From Squalus acanthias (taxonomy: Eukaryota): DNA of 64,000 nt. The position numbers and the translations under genes are program-made. Shown piece after piece: positions 13,101-25,100 of this stretch. The notes under the pieces were generated by a model. The model was not told the origin of the DNA, ran no database searches, and saw only the letters and a program-made list of their open reading frames with translations. Position 1 is the first letter of the stretch; each line of letters begins with the position of its first letter. The DNA lies in the NCBI GenBank assembly GCA_030390025.1, contig CM059432.1:131938001-132002000 (forward strand), read 5' to 3'.

Positions 13101-16100
13101 GGGGGGTGGGAGAGAAATGGCTTTGGCCAACAAATTCATTTGTACTTTCATTGGCATCAGGCTTGAAGCTGTGAACTTTAGACCACTCTGTTTTCCCACT
13201 TCTGTAGTAAGGAGAATTTATATGAATTACAGGGGACAAATCAAATTTCTTCAAGAGTCATTTGGTTTTTGGTTGGTCAAATATGGGGGCAGACCGTGCA
13301 TTAGCTGTGCCGACACGCAGCAGAGCTGATCTTGCACGATAATGCGAAGGTCAGCTCATTTAAATATTTTTGCAGTGCCCCAGATCCCTAGTGCACAATG
13401 TACTTGGGTTTGAGGTGGTTGAATCATAGAATCATTGAAGGTTACAGCACGGAAGGAGGCCATTTCGGCCCATCGTGTCCGTGCCGGCCAACAAAGAGCT
13501 ATCCAGCCTAATCCCACTTCCCAGCTCTTGGTCCGTAGCCCTGCAGGTTACAGCATCCAAGTACTTTTTAAATGTGGTTAGGGTTCCTGCCTCTACCACC
13601 CTTTCAGGCAGTGAGTTCCAGACCCCCACAACCCTCTGGGTGAAGAAATTTCCCCTCAAATCCCCTCTAAACCTTCCACCAATTACTTTAAATCTGTGCC
13701 CCCTGGTTTTTGACCCCTCTGCTAAGGGAAATAGTTCCTTTCTATCCACTTTATCTATGCCCCTCATAATTTTATACACCTCAATAAGGTCTCCCCTCAG
13801 CCTCCTCTGTTCCAAGGAAAAGAGACCCAGCCTATCCAGTCTTTCCTCATAGCTAAGATTCTCTACTCCCAGCAACATCCTTGTAAATCTCCTCTGTACC
13901 CTCTCTAGTGCAATCACATCTTTCCTGTAATGTGGTGACCAGAACTGCACGCAGTACTCTAGCTGAGGCCTAACTAGTGTTTTATACAGTTGAAGCATAA
14001 CCCCCCCTGCTCTTGTATTCTATGCCACGGCTAATAAAGGCAAGCATTCCGTATGCCTTCTTAACCACCTTATCTACTTGGCCTGCTACCTTCAGGGATC
14101 TGTGGACATGCACTCCAAGGTCCCTTTGTTCCTTTACACTACTCGGTGTCCTACCATTTAATGTGTATTCCCTTTTCTTGTTAGCCCTCCCCAAATGCAT
14201 TACCTCACACTTCTCTGGATTGAATTCCATTTGCCACTGTTCTGCCCACCTGACCAATTTATTGATATCTTCCTGCAGTCTACAGCTTCCTTCTTCAGTA
14301 TCAACCACACAGCCGATTTTAGTATCATCTGCAAACTTCTTAATCATACCCCCTATATTCAAGTCAAGATCGTTGATATATACCACAAAAAGCAAGGGAC
14401 CTAGTACTGAGCCCTGCAGAACCCCACTGGAAACAGCCTTCCAGTCACAAAAACACCCATCAACAACCCTCTACTTCCTGTCTCCGAGCCAGTTTTGAAT
14501 CCAACTTGACACTTTGCCCTGGATCCCATGGGCTTTTAACTTCGTGACCAGTCTGCCATGTGGAACCTTATCAAAAGCCTTGCTAAAGTCCATATACACT
14601 ACATCAAACGCACTACCCTCATCTACCCTCCTTGTTACCTCCTCAAAAAATTCAATCAAGTTTGTCAGACACAACCTTCCCTTAACAAATCCGTGCTGAC
14701 TATCCTTGATTAATCCGTGTCTTTCTAAATGAAGATTTATCCTGTCCTTCAGAATTCTTTCCAATAATTTTCCCACCACCGAGGTTAGGCTGACTGGCCT
14801 ATAATTACTCGGACTATCCTTTTCTCCCTTTTTAAACAAGGGTACCACATTAGCAGTCCTCCGGCACCACACCTGAAGCCAGAGAGGATTGAAAAATGAT
14901 GGTCAGGGCCTCTGCTATTTCCTCTTTTGCTTCGCTTAACAGCCTGGGATACATTTCATCCGGGCTTGGGGATTTATCCACTTTTAAAGCTGCTAAACCC
15001 CTTAATACTTCCTCTCTCACTATGTTTATTTCATCTAATATTTCACACTCCTCCCCCCCCCGATAGCAATGTCTGCTTCGCCCCTCTCCTTTGTGAAAAC
15101 AGACGCAAAGTATTTATTAAGAACCCTACCGATGTTTCCCGCCTCCACACACAGATTACCCTCATGATCTCTAATAGGCCCTACCCTTTCTTTAGTTATC
15201 CTCTTACTCTTAGTATATTTATAAAACATCTTTGGGTTTTCCTTGATTTTACTTGCCAAGAATTTTTCATGCTCTCTCTTTGCTTTCCTAATATCATTTT
15301 TAATTGCACCCCTGCACTTTCTGTACTCCTCTAAAGATTCTGGAGTATCTAGCCCTCGGTATCTGTCATACGCTTCCCTTTTTTTCTTTATCCTACCCTG
15401 TATGTCTCTAGACATCCAGGGGGCTCTAGATTTGTTAGTCCCACCTTTTTTCTTTAAGGGCACATGTTTGGTCTGAACCCTCCGGATCTCCTCCTTGAAT
15501 GCCTCCCACTGCTCTGACACTGATTTACCTTCAAGTAGCTGTAATGTCGTGCACCAGCAGCAAGTGAAGGGCTGCTGACTACTTTCCAAGCTGTGCCATT
15601 TTTTTCTTTTAGAAATCTAAGTCGGTTGGGGTACAACGATCTTTTTGGAAAATTACAAATGGCCGCTGAGCGATAGGAGGGCTCCTCTGGCAATCAAGAT
15701 ATATTATAAGGCATATACCTAATTTAAATAAAAAATGGGATCTTGGACTTCCAAGGGCTGGAATCCAGTGGGTTGATTTGAGATTGTGCCGAGCAGCGCT
15801 CTGCAGTGCTGACCTGGGCCTGAGTTTTCATGGTAAATAGGGGGACACTTCACTTGCATGAGGCAGGCGGGTGCAACTGTGATTTGGGGTTCACATTTGG
15901 TGCTCATTTGCCCCATGCGTCTAGAAACTGGCATGGCTGCCTGCTCGAGGGCAGGGGTTTGTCTAGGCCCTTCCGACCCCCGACCCTGGCACTGCTCCGA
16001 TCAGCCCCCAGAGTAAGTGGGCCGATCCAGGAAAAATCATAGAATGGTTACAGCACGGAAGAAGGCCATTCGGCCTGTCGAGCCCATGCCGCCTCTCTGC

Positions 16101-19100
16101 AAGAGCACCTCAGCTAGTCCCACTCCCCCACCCTTTCCCCGTAGCCCTGCAAATTTTTTTCTTTCAGATACTTATCCAACTCCCTTTTGAAAGCCGTGAT
16201 TGAGTCTGCCTCCACCACCCTTTCAGGCAGTGAATTCCAGATCCTAACCACTCGCTGCGTAAAAAAGTTTTTCCTCATGTCGCCTTTGGTTCTTTTGCCA
16301 ATCACCTTAAATCTGTGTCCTCTGGCTCTCAACCCTTCCACCAATGGGAACAGTTTCTCTCTATCTACTCTGTCCAGATCCCTCATGATTTTGAACACCT
16401 CTATCAAATCTCCTCTCAATCTTTTCTGCTCTAAGGAGAACAACCCCAGCTTCTCCAGTCTTTCCACGTAACTGAAGTCCCTCATCCCTGGAATCATTCT
16501 CATAAATCTTTTCTGCTTCCTCTCTGGAGGTCCAGGCCTGCCCCCCACCAGTGGGGCATACGCACCTTTGCAGAGGCTGGTGTGCCTGATCTATCTTGGT
16601 AACCAATCACTGTTAATGCGCGAGGTCCCCATCCAGGGCCAGGAATGGGAATTTCCAGCTAATGGAATGCCTTCCACGGCTCCATTCCCTGGTCTGTCAT
16701 TTGCTTTGTAAGGGGCAGAAAACCTGGGGGAGGAAAAATTTCATCTGAATACGGCCCATTTACACTGAAAACCTCAGGTCTATTGATTATCTTCCTTTAA
16801 TTCTTTGCAGGGTAAGCAAGGACTTCAGGGATCACCTGGGCGTGATGGACAGCCAGGACCAACGGTAGTGTGCAGTTCTTTAAGATTCTCTGTCATCGAT
16901 GATTTTCTGAAATGCTATGAACTGAAATAATTTGTGGTGGTGGATGGGGGGGGGCGGGGAATTTCCTCAAAGTGAGGGGATGGCAACAAGCCAGAGAAGA
17001 AGAACACAGACTTCACTCATTTAGATATCCAAGCCTTCCTGGAGGGGATTGAAGGCAGAAAGAACACAGACTAGAATAGGTGGTAGAAAGGCACATAAAG
17101 GCACAGTGTTAGGAAAGACTGGGGTGGTTATATGCATTGTGCAATTATTGTATTAAAATAGACTGTGCACTGACATTGCACTTTGTTATTCATGGAGGTT
17201 GCAGTCATACAGGAAAGGGTGCACTTATTTGATGCTGACTTATTCACACCGGTGATGATTACTGACGTGGTCATGTAGGGGCAAAGAGGGCTGATGCATT
17301 CTCATTTGGTAGGATGGGTAGTGGATTGAGGTAATGTCCCTTTATTTCCGAGTGGGGGGAGAAGGAGGTCAGGCTGTGGTGTCAAAGGTCATAGAGTCAT
17401 AATGGCACAGAAGGAGGCCATTCGGGCTCTTTGTAGAGCAATCCAGTCAGTCCCATTCCCCCGCTCTATCCCCGTAGCCCTGCAAGTTTATTTCCCTCAA
17501 GTGCCTATCCAGTCTCCCCTTGAAAACATTGAGTGTCTCCGCTTCCACCACTTCCGTCGGCAGCGAATTCCAGGTCCTCACCACTCACTGAGTAAAAAAA
17601 GTTTTTCCTCACATCCCCCCGTATCTCTTGCCCAAAACCTTAAATCTGTGTCCCCTAGTCCTTGTACCATCAACTAGTGGGAACAGCCGTTCCCCGTCTA
17701 GCCTATCCAAACCCGTCATAATCTTGTACACCTCTATCAAATCACCCCTCAACCTCCTTTGCTCTAATGAAAACAAATCCAGCTTTTCCAACCTGTCCTT
17801 GTAGCTAAGATCCCCCATCCCCGGAATCATTCTGGTAAATCTCCTCTGCACCCTCTCAAGGGCCTTCACATCCTTCCTAAAGTGTGGTGACCAGAACTGG
17901 ACACAATACTCCAGTTGTGGCCTAACCAGCACTTTATAAAGGTTCAGCATAACTTCTCTACTTTTGTACTCAATACCTCTGTTTATGAAGCCCAAGATCC
18001 CTTATGCTTTGCTAACCACTCTCTCAATATGTCCTGCCACCTTCAGGGACCTATGCAAATTAACTCCCAGGTCCCTCTGTCCCTGCACACTCTTTAAAAC
18101 TGTGCCATTAAGTATATATTGCCTCTCCCTGTTCCTTCTGCCAAAATGCATCACCTCACACTTCTCTGTATTAAATTCCATCTGCCACTTGTCTGCCCAT
18201 TCTGCTAGTCTTTCTATGTCCTGTTGCAGTCGATTGATAACATCATCACTGTTTGCCACACCCCCAAGTTTGGTGTCATCCGCAAATTTAGAAATTCTAC
18301 TCTGTATTCCAATATCCAAGTCATTTATATATATCAAAAAAAGCAGTGGCCCCAGCACTGACCCTTGAGGAACACCACTGTCTACCATTCTCCAGTCTGA
18401 AAAACAGCCATTTACCACAACTCGCTGTTTTCTATCCTTAAGCCAATTCCTTATCCAAGCTGCCACTGACCCACCTATTCCATGAGCCTCAATGTTGTTA
18501 ACCAGTCTTCTATGTGGTACTTTGTAAAACGCCTTCCGAAAATCCATGTAGCAACATCTATTGCATTCCCTTCATCAATCCACTCTGTTACTTCATCAAA
18601 AAATTCAATTAGATTAGTCAAACACGATCTGCCTTTTACAAATCCGTGTTGGCTCTCCTTAATTAGCTTAAACCTCTCCAAGTGCCCGTTAATTTTTTCC
18701 TTGATTATTGTTTCTATGTTACACACAAGAGGGAGGACCTCTGTTCTGATGCACTTTGCAGCAGGTCACAGAGATGCCCAATTGCCCCCTAGCTGAAGTG
18801 CACTGTACTGATGCACAGCTCCTCGGGAATCATATGCAAATCAGGTAAGTGGGGATTCAGTGGGCATATTTCAGGAACCCTCCAATAGTGCAAGACAATT
18901 GGGGGGGGGTGGTGGACGGGGGAAAGCGCGTCCAAATTACTTCCACCCAAATTTCCTGCCTAAAAGAATCTCCTGCACTGTTTATACATCGCTAATGCAC
19001 TGAAAATGGCTAGGAAATTCACCCCCTTGAGGTATTATAATTGTTAATAACATTTAGTGAAAAATAAAACTTCACCATTAGTTGAGGCGTTTGACTGTAC

Positions 19101-22100
19101 CTCTTTGGGGTCTCCCTGGCCTCCAGTGCGGAGTCTGTTTGGAGTTGGGAGTGGGCATTGGCCGCAGATCCTGCCACAACATTGTGTTGCTGGAAGCCCC
19201 TGTATAGTCAGTATAAATAGGGAGAAAAAATGTTCAATTCCTTTTTCCCCACGATCGATTGGATAGGCTTTTTGGGGACACTTAAGTTTTAAACTGCTCC
19301 TGTGCCACACAGAGCAATGCTGGATGCCAGGGACAAAATCCCAGTTGTGACAAGGAGCCATATAGTGCTGGATGAGCGGCTCCAAAGCAATTTCCTGCCC
19401 ACCTCTACTGGAGTTAATCCAACTCGCTGGTGTAACCCCAGTGGAAAATCTGTCCCACATCTCTTCTGACTGTGTGACTTTGTTAAGCCAATGTACCAAG
19501 TCAGTGGAGCAGTCCAAGTGTAGTTTAAGTTTGTTGTTTTTGCAAAGCTGACATCTATTATAAATTAAAAACAGTGCCTGCTTACTACATTTCAAAAGTT
19601 ATTGCACCGATAAGTGGTGCTGTGAGCATGTTACGTATCGTAGTAATGTGTAACAGGGCCACCTGAAGCACAATCAAGTAACTCACCTTCAGAATCGCAC
19701 AAGAGGGGCAATAAACAAACTTTTAAAGAAAAGGCATTTAAAAATAAAATCAAAGCCAGTTCTGAGTATAAGGGCCAGGAAAGGTCTCGGCTGGTGTCAA
19801 TTCGATGGAAATGCAGCAGAAGCCCTGTTTACACGTGTAAATTAGGGTTCCGCCACACATCCGGTGAAGTAATGCCGACGGAGCAGGAGCAGCTCCGAGG
19901 AATTTCCCGACCAAGCAAACTTGGAGCACCTTACAAAAAATCAGCAACAAGTTTGACCTGGTAAATTATTGAAAAGGTCACTTTACATGTTGGATGCGGA
20001 AAAATTATATCTTGGGAAGCAGATTCTCCATCGCCACCTCAACCCAGAGAGTGGATGCAGCACCAGCAGCTGTCCGGCAGAAGAAAAATCACCCTCATTC
20101 GCAAAGAAGAAAGCAGCAATAAATGAAATGATGAAGGAACCCCACCCTTCCCCCACCCCCACATCAACATCCCTTCCTTGAAGACTGGAAGGCAGAATAA
20201 ACCCTGCTGGACGACGCCCTCCCCCCCCAGCCACTGATTGAAATAACCCCCACGCCTTACCTGCTGGTAACTGTACAAACTCCCACTGTCGGCCTCTTCT
20301 CACCCAGCTGAGGTTTTAGTCGCACTCTGGCGCTTACCCAGTACTTGATGGGCAAAATCACCAAACCAGAACCACTGTTGTTGACCTCTCATGTCTCCGT
20401 CTCTCTTGTCTCTCCCCCTGCCTTTCCTCTCCTCTTCTCTCTCCTTCCCTTCCCTTTCCCCTCATTCTCTTACCCTCACCTCCACTGCTCCCCCCTCTCC
20501 TCCTCTCCTCTCCTTCCATCTCTCCTCTGCCCTCTCTTTCTCCATCTCTCTCCTCTCCCTCTTCGACAGCACCTCCCAAACCCACGACCTCTATCACCTA
20601 GAAGGACAAGGGCAGCAGGTGCATGGGAACACCATCACCTGCAAGTTCCCCTCCAAGTCACATACCATCCTGACTTGGAAATATATCGCCGTTCCTTCAT
20701 CGTCGCTGGGTCAAAATCCTGGAACTCCCTCCCTAATAGCACTGTGGGAGTACCTTCACCACACGGACTGCAGCAGTTCAAGAAGGCGGCTCACCACCAC
20801 CTTCTCAAGCGCAATTAGGGATGGGCAATAAATGCTGGCTTTGCCAGCGACGCCCACATCCCGTGAATGAATAAATTTTTTTTAAGTCCCCCTCCCCCTC
20901 CCTGTCTTTTCTCCTCTTCCTTTCCCCCTCCTTGCACTTCCCTTCCCTGTGCTCCTGCTCTTCTTTGTCCCTCTCCCCCTCCCCTCTCTTCCTCTCTCCA
21001 TCTGCTTCCTCCCCCAGTATACCTTCTCTTTCCTTCCCTACCATGGTTCAATTATCTCGCTGTTCTCTAACCCTTCTTGACCTGAAAAATGTCCTTCGTC
21101 TTGATTCCCCATGTGTAACAGCACAGGAGTTCGATGAGTATATTATTACAATAAATATTGAAATTGACAATGTATTTCTGGAATTGCATCGCTGAGCCTT
21201 GTGCTATTTTTATCTTACTGTTTTATGTCATTGCTCAATGTTCATTTAGGGTGATGTTGGTGGGCCAGGACTACCAGGGCTTCCAGGACGTCCCGGTTCA
21301 GCAGTGAGTAGTATCCAAATATCAGTTGCAGTCTAAATTAATGTGCTTTATGCCAAATTTGGTGTGTTAATAATTCTTTAAACTAACACTTTCTTTTCAT
21401 ACAAACAGAAAATGCTGGAAATACTCAGCAGTTCAGTCAGCATCTGTGGAAAGAGAAACAGAGTTAACATTTCGGGTCAATGACCTTTCATCAGAAAGGT
21501 CTGTGGTTACCTCGGACAAGTTTCTCTCTCCACAGAAGCTGCCTGTCCTGCTGAGGATTTCCATTTTAAGTTTCAGTTATGTAGAGATTAACTTATCTCT
21601 GGCCTTTCGAATAATCAGGATCGACTGCAACCAATAATGTTGGGTATATTGTGTTTAATCAGAGTTTAAGACGGAATATAACACATTAGTTATACAGCAA
21701 AAACATACAACTGTGACAAGCAGCGAGTACCGACCCCGATCAGACAGACGGCTAGCGTGCACGAACAACTCTTCTCTATCTCTCTCTCTCTCTTCTTGAA
21801 CTACCCAAGAGTGTTAGACTGACGTCAGCATGGATCCACCCTCGGGAGCTCTCCACGCCACCGTCTGCGCTGGGGGCTTTTCAGGTCTTTCTTTTCTACT
21901 CTTTTTAGGGATGGACCTGGGGTTGAATATGCTGAGGACTGTTTTCCCCTTATCTCATCCGGTTTGGAGTCAACAACTTCTGAGACATACGAGGCTCGGC
22001 CTTCATAGCTGCTTGTTATCAAAGCTGTTCATGCTATTTCAATTCATTATCAGGCTATTGTACCATGGAATGAATCGTTAAATTCCCAAAGATACCCTCT

Positions 22101-25100
22101 ATTCTATTCTCACACACTGGTTAACTTCCGCATCTTAGCAAGCATTTTGGTTAAACAAAGTCAAAATTCTAACTTAGCATTATAACATAGTTATTAGCGG
22201 TAATGGAAGAAACATAGGCATTGGGCCTTGGTTGGCCAAATTAAAGATACAATCAGCAGCCTTCCTAGCACACAAACAGCAGCCAGCTAGCTTGGGAAGC
22301 AAGGTCATATGTGACTGCCACTGTGTGGAATGTTATAACATCTGCAGGGAATTGAAAACATAGGCAAATTTTAAGCATCTTTCCAGCTACTCTAATACTA
22401 GTCAGAAGACACTTTATCTCAAGCTCTAATACAATCAGCTAAACACTATTATTCGCGTCACAATTTAATTCGCGTAACCATATACATTTTAGGTACCCCT
22501 AATTTCTAACAGTTAGTTTTAATCTATTTATCCACAGACTCTATTATTTGATGCACCCCCTTTTTTGCCTTATTAGAATATATTTATTTTGCACTTTATC
22601 CCTCTCATATTTGATTTCCTGCTTCTGATCTGTTGACCTGTTTGCTAAATTCTCTGCCCAGTTAATTTGGGCTTGATCCCTTTTTATCTTGTGGAACTTT
22701 GCCTTTTTCCAGTCCTGCACCCTTATTTTTGACTCTGCTTTTCTATTCTTACATTGAGCCTCATTATGTTGTGGTCACTATTTCCCACTCTCACACCATT
22801 TACTTGCTGAACAGCAATGTATGTTGAAACTGGAGAAATTGTAGCATTATTTTTCATTTAACTTCATGGAGTTGAGCTTTCATTTAGTATAAAGTATAAT
22901 TAATGATGAGTGTAAAAAAAAATTAAATGAGCTGCATTACATTTTTTCAGAGGTAATTAAATTTTTTATTCAATCAATACATAGATCAGTCATCAACCAA
23001 GCTCTTTAAAAAGGATTTTTGTAGAATGTTTAAAAATATTAATTCGTGTTGTAAGTTCAGAGCTGTGAACTGAATTAGTTATCCGTTTTGATTCATCTTG
23101 TCAGAAAGCAGTGTTCCAAATACTGAGTGCTTTTGAGAGTTACATTGCAAAAGTATCGCCCAGAGTGTGTGTTGTAAATACACCGCATAAATGGTTTATG
23201 TGTTTCTTAATTTGTTTTGGAAAGTTGTCTTTTTGTTTTAAGAAAAGTGGCCAGAAATACATAAAGATACCCTGGTGTGATTCATCCTGTTACATTCCTT
23301 GTGAGAAACTGCCCGATCTCTACTCGCTGCCCTCTCCTGACGGCATGTCAGATCTCGGGAGCTCTTCAACCCCGACATTCCCATATTGCCGTGCCACTGC
23401 CAGAAGTGAGGCGGGTGGAGATTCCGCCTACCATGACATCCTGGTCTTGACCTCTAAACAGTGGGTTCAGCTAATATACAGTGGCATACGGGCTGTGCAG
23501 ATCCAGCCTGTAATTCCTCAGCTATCCTGCAACCTGTTAATCTGTATTCTTGCAGCAAAGGATGTTTGTATACTGAACATATGTGCAAACATGCTTTCAA
23601 AATCAAAAACAACTTCCTACATATATAATACTTTTGCCATTTGAAATTCTCTTCATTACCTGTCCATTATTATAGTAAGACGTACCATTAAAAAAAATCC
23701 TCCGTGATTCTTTGAGTAATAAATTGCACAGTTGCTTTGGTAATCGTTACTTTCACTTCTTAGTTATAGAGTCATAGAGTCATTACGGCACAGAAGGAGG
23801 CCATTTGGCCCATCGAGTCCGTGCCAGCTCTCTGTAGAGCAATCCAGTCAGTCCCATTCCCCCACTCTATCCCCGTAGCCCTGCAAGTTTATTTCCCTCA
23901 AGTGCCAATCCAGTCTCCCCATGAAAACATTGAGTGTCTCCGCTTCCACCACTTCCGTTGGCAGCGAGTTCCAGGTCCTCACCACTCGCTGCGTAAAAAT
24001 GTTTTTCCTCACATCCCCCCTGTATCTCTTGCCCTAGACCTTAAATCTGTGTCTCCTAGTCCTTGTACCATCAACTAGTGGGAACAGCGTTCCCCGTCTA
24101 GCCTATCCAAACCCGTCATAATCTTGCACACCTCTATCAAATCACACTTCAACCTCCTTTGCTCTAATGAAAACAGATCCATCTTCTCCAACCTGTCCTT
24201 GTAGCTAAGATCCCCCATCCCAGGAACCATTCTGGTAAATCTCCTCTGCACCCTCTCAAGTGCCTCCACATCCTTCCTAAAGTGTGGTGACCAGAACTAG
24301 ATGCAATACTCCAGTTGTGGCCTAACCAGCGCTTTATAAAGGTTCAGCATAACTTCGCTACTTTTGTACTCAATACCTCTATTTATGAAGCCCAAGATCT
24401 CATATGCTTTGTTAACCACTCTCTCAATATGTCCTGCCACCTTCAGGGGCCTATGCACATTAACTCCCAGGTCCCTCTGTCCCTGCACACTCATTAAAAT
24501 TGTGCCATTAAGTGTACATTGCCTATCCCAGTTCCTTCTGCCAAAATGCATCACCTCACACTTCTCTGTATTAAATTCCATCTGCCACTTGTCTGCCCAT
24601 TCTGCTAGCCTTTCTGTGTCCTGTTGCAGTCGATTGATAACATCATCACTGTTTGCCACACCCCCAAGTTTGGTGTCATCCGCAAATTTAGAAATTCTAC
24701 TTTGTATTCCAATTTCCAGGTCATTTATATATATCAAAAAAAGCAGTGGCCCCAGCACTGACCCTTGGGGAACACCATTGTCTACCATCCTCCAGTCTGA
24801 AAAACAGCCATTTACCACAACTTGCTGTTTTCTATCCTTAAGCCAATTCCTTATCCAAGCTGCCACTGACCCACCTATTCCATGAGCCTCAATTTTGTTA
24901 ACCATCCTTCTATGTGGTACTTTGTCAAACACCTTCCAAAAATCCATGTAGCAACATCCATTGCATTCCATTCATCAATCCTCTCTGTTACTTCATCAAA
25001 AAATTCAATTAGATTAGTCAAACACAATCTGCCATTTACAAATCCGTGTTGGCTCTCATTAATTAGCTTAAACTTCTCCAAGTGCCCGTTAATTTTTTCC

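Noticed and set aside
4195..16810. Additional collagen exons in the 12.6-kb intron
   Set aside because: No further splice-flanked Gly-X-Y segment found by eye, and the flanking exons join in frame; a missed small exon cannot be fully excluded.
19044..19595. 183-aa ORF on -
   Set aside because: No recognisable motif; overlaps decayed repeat-like sequence.
20345..21195. Glu/Arg/Gly-rich and Pro/Ser/Leu-rich ORFs
   Set aside because: Translations of a low-complexity purine/pyrimidine tract.
23111..23644. 177-aa ORF on +
   Set aside because: No recognisable domain, non-ATG start, intronic; likely chance.
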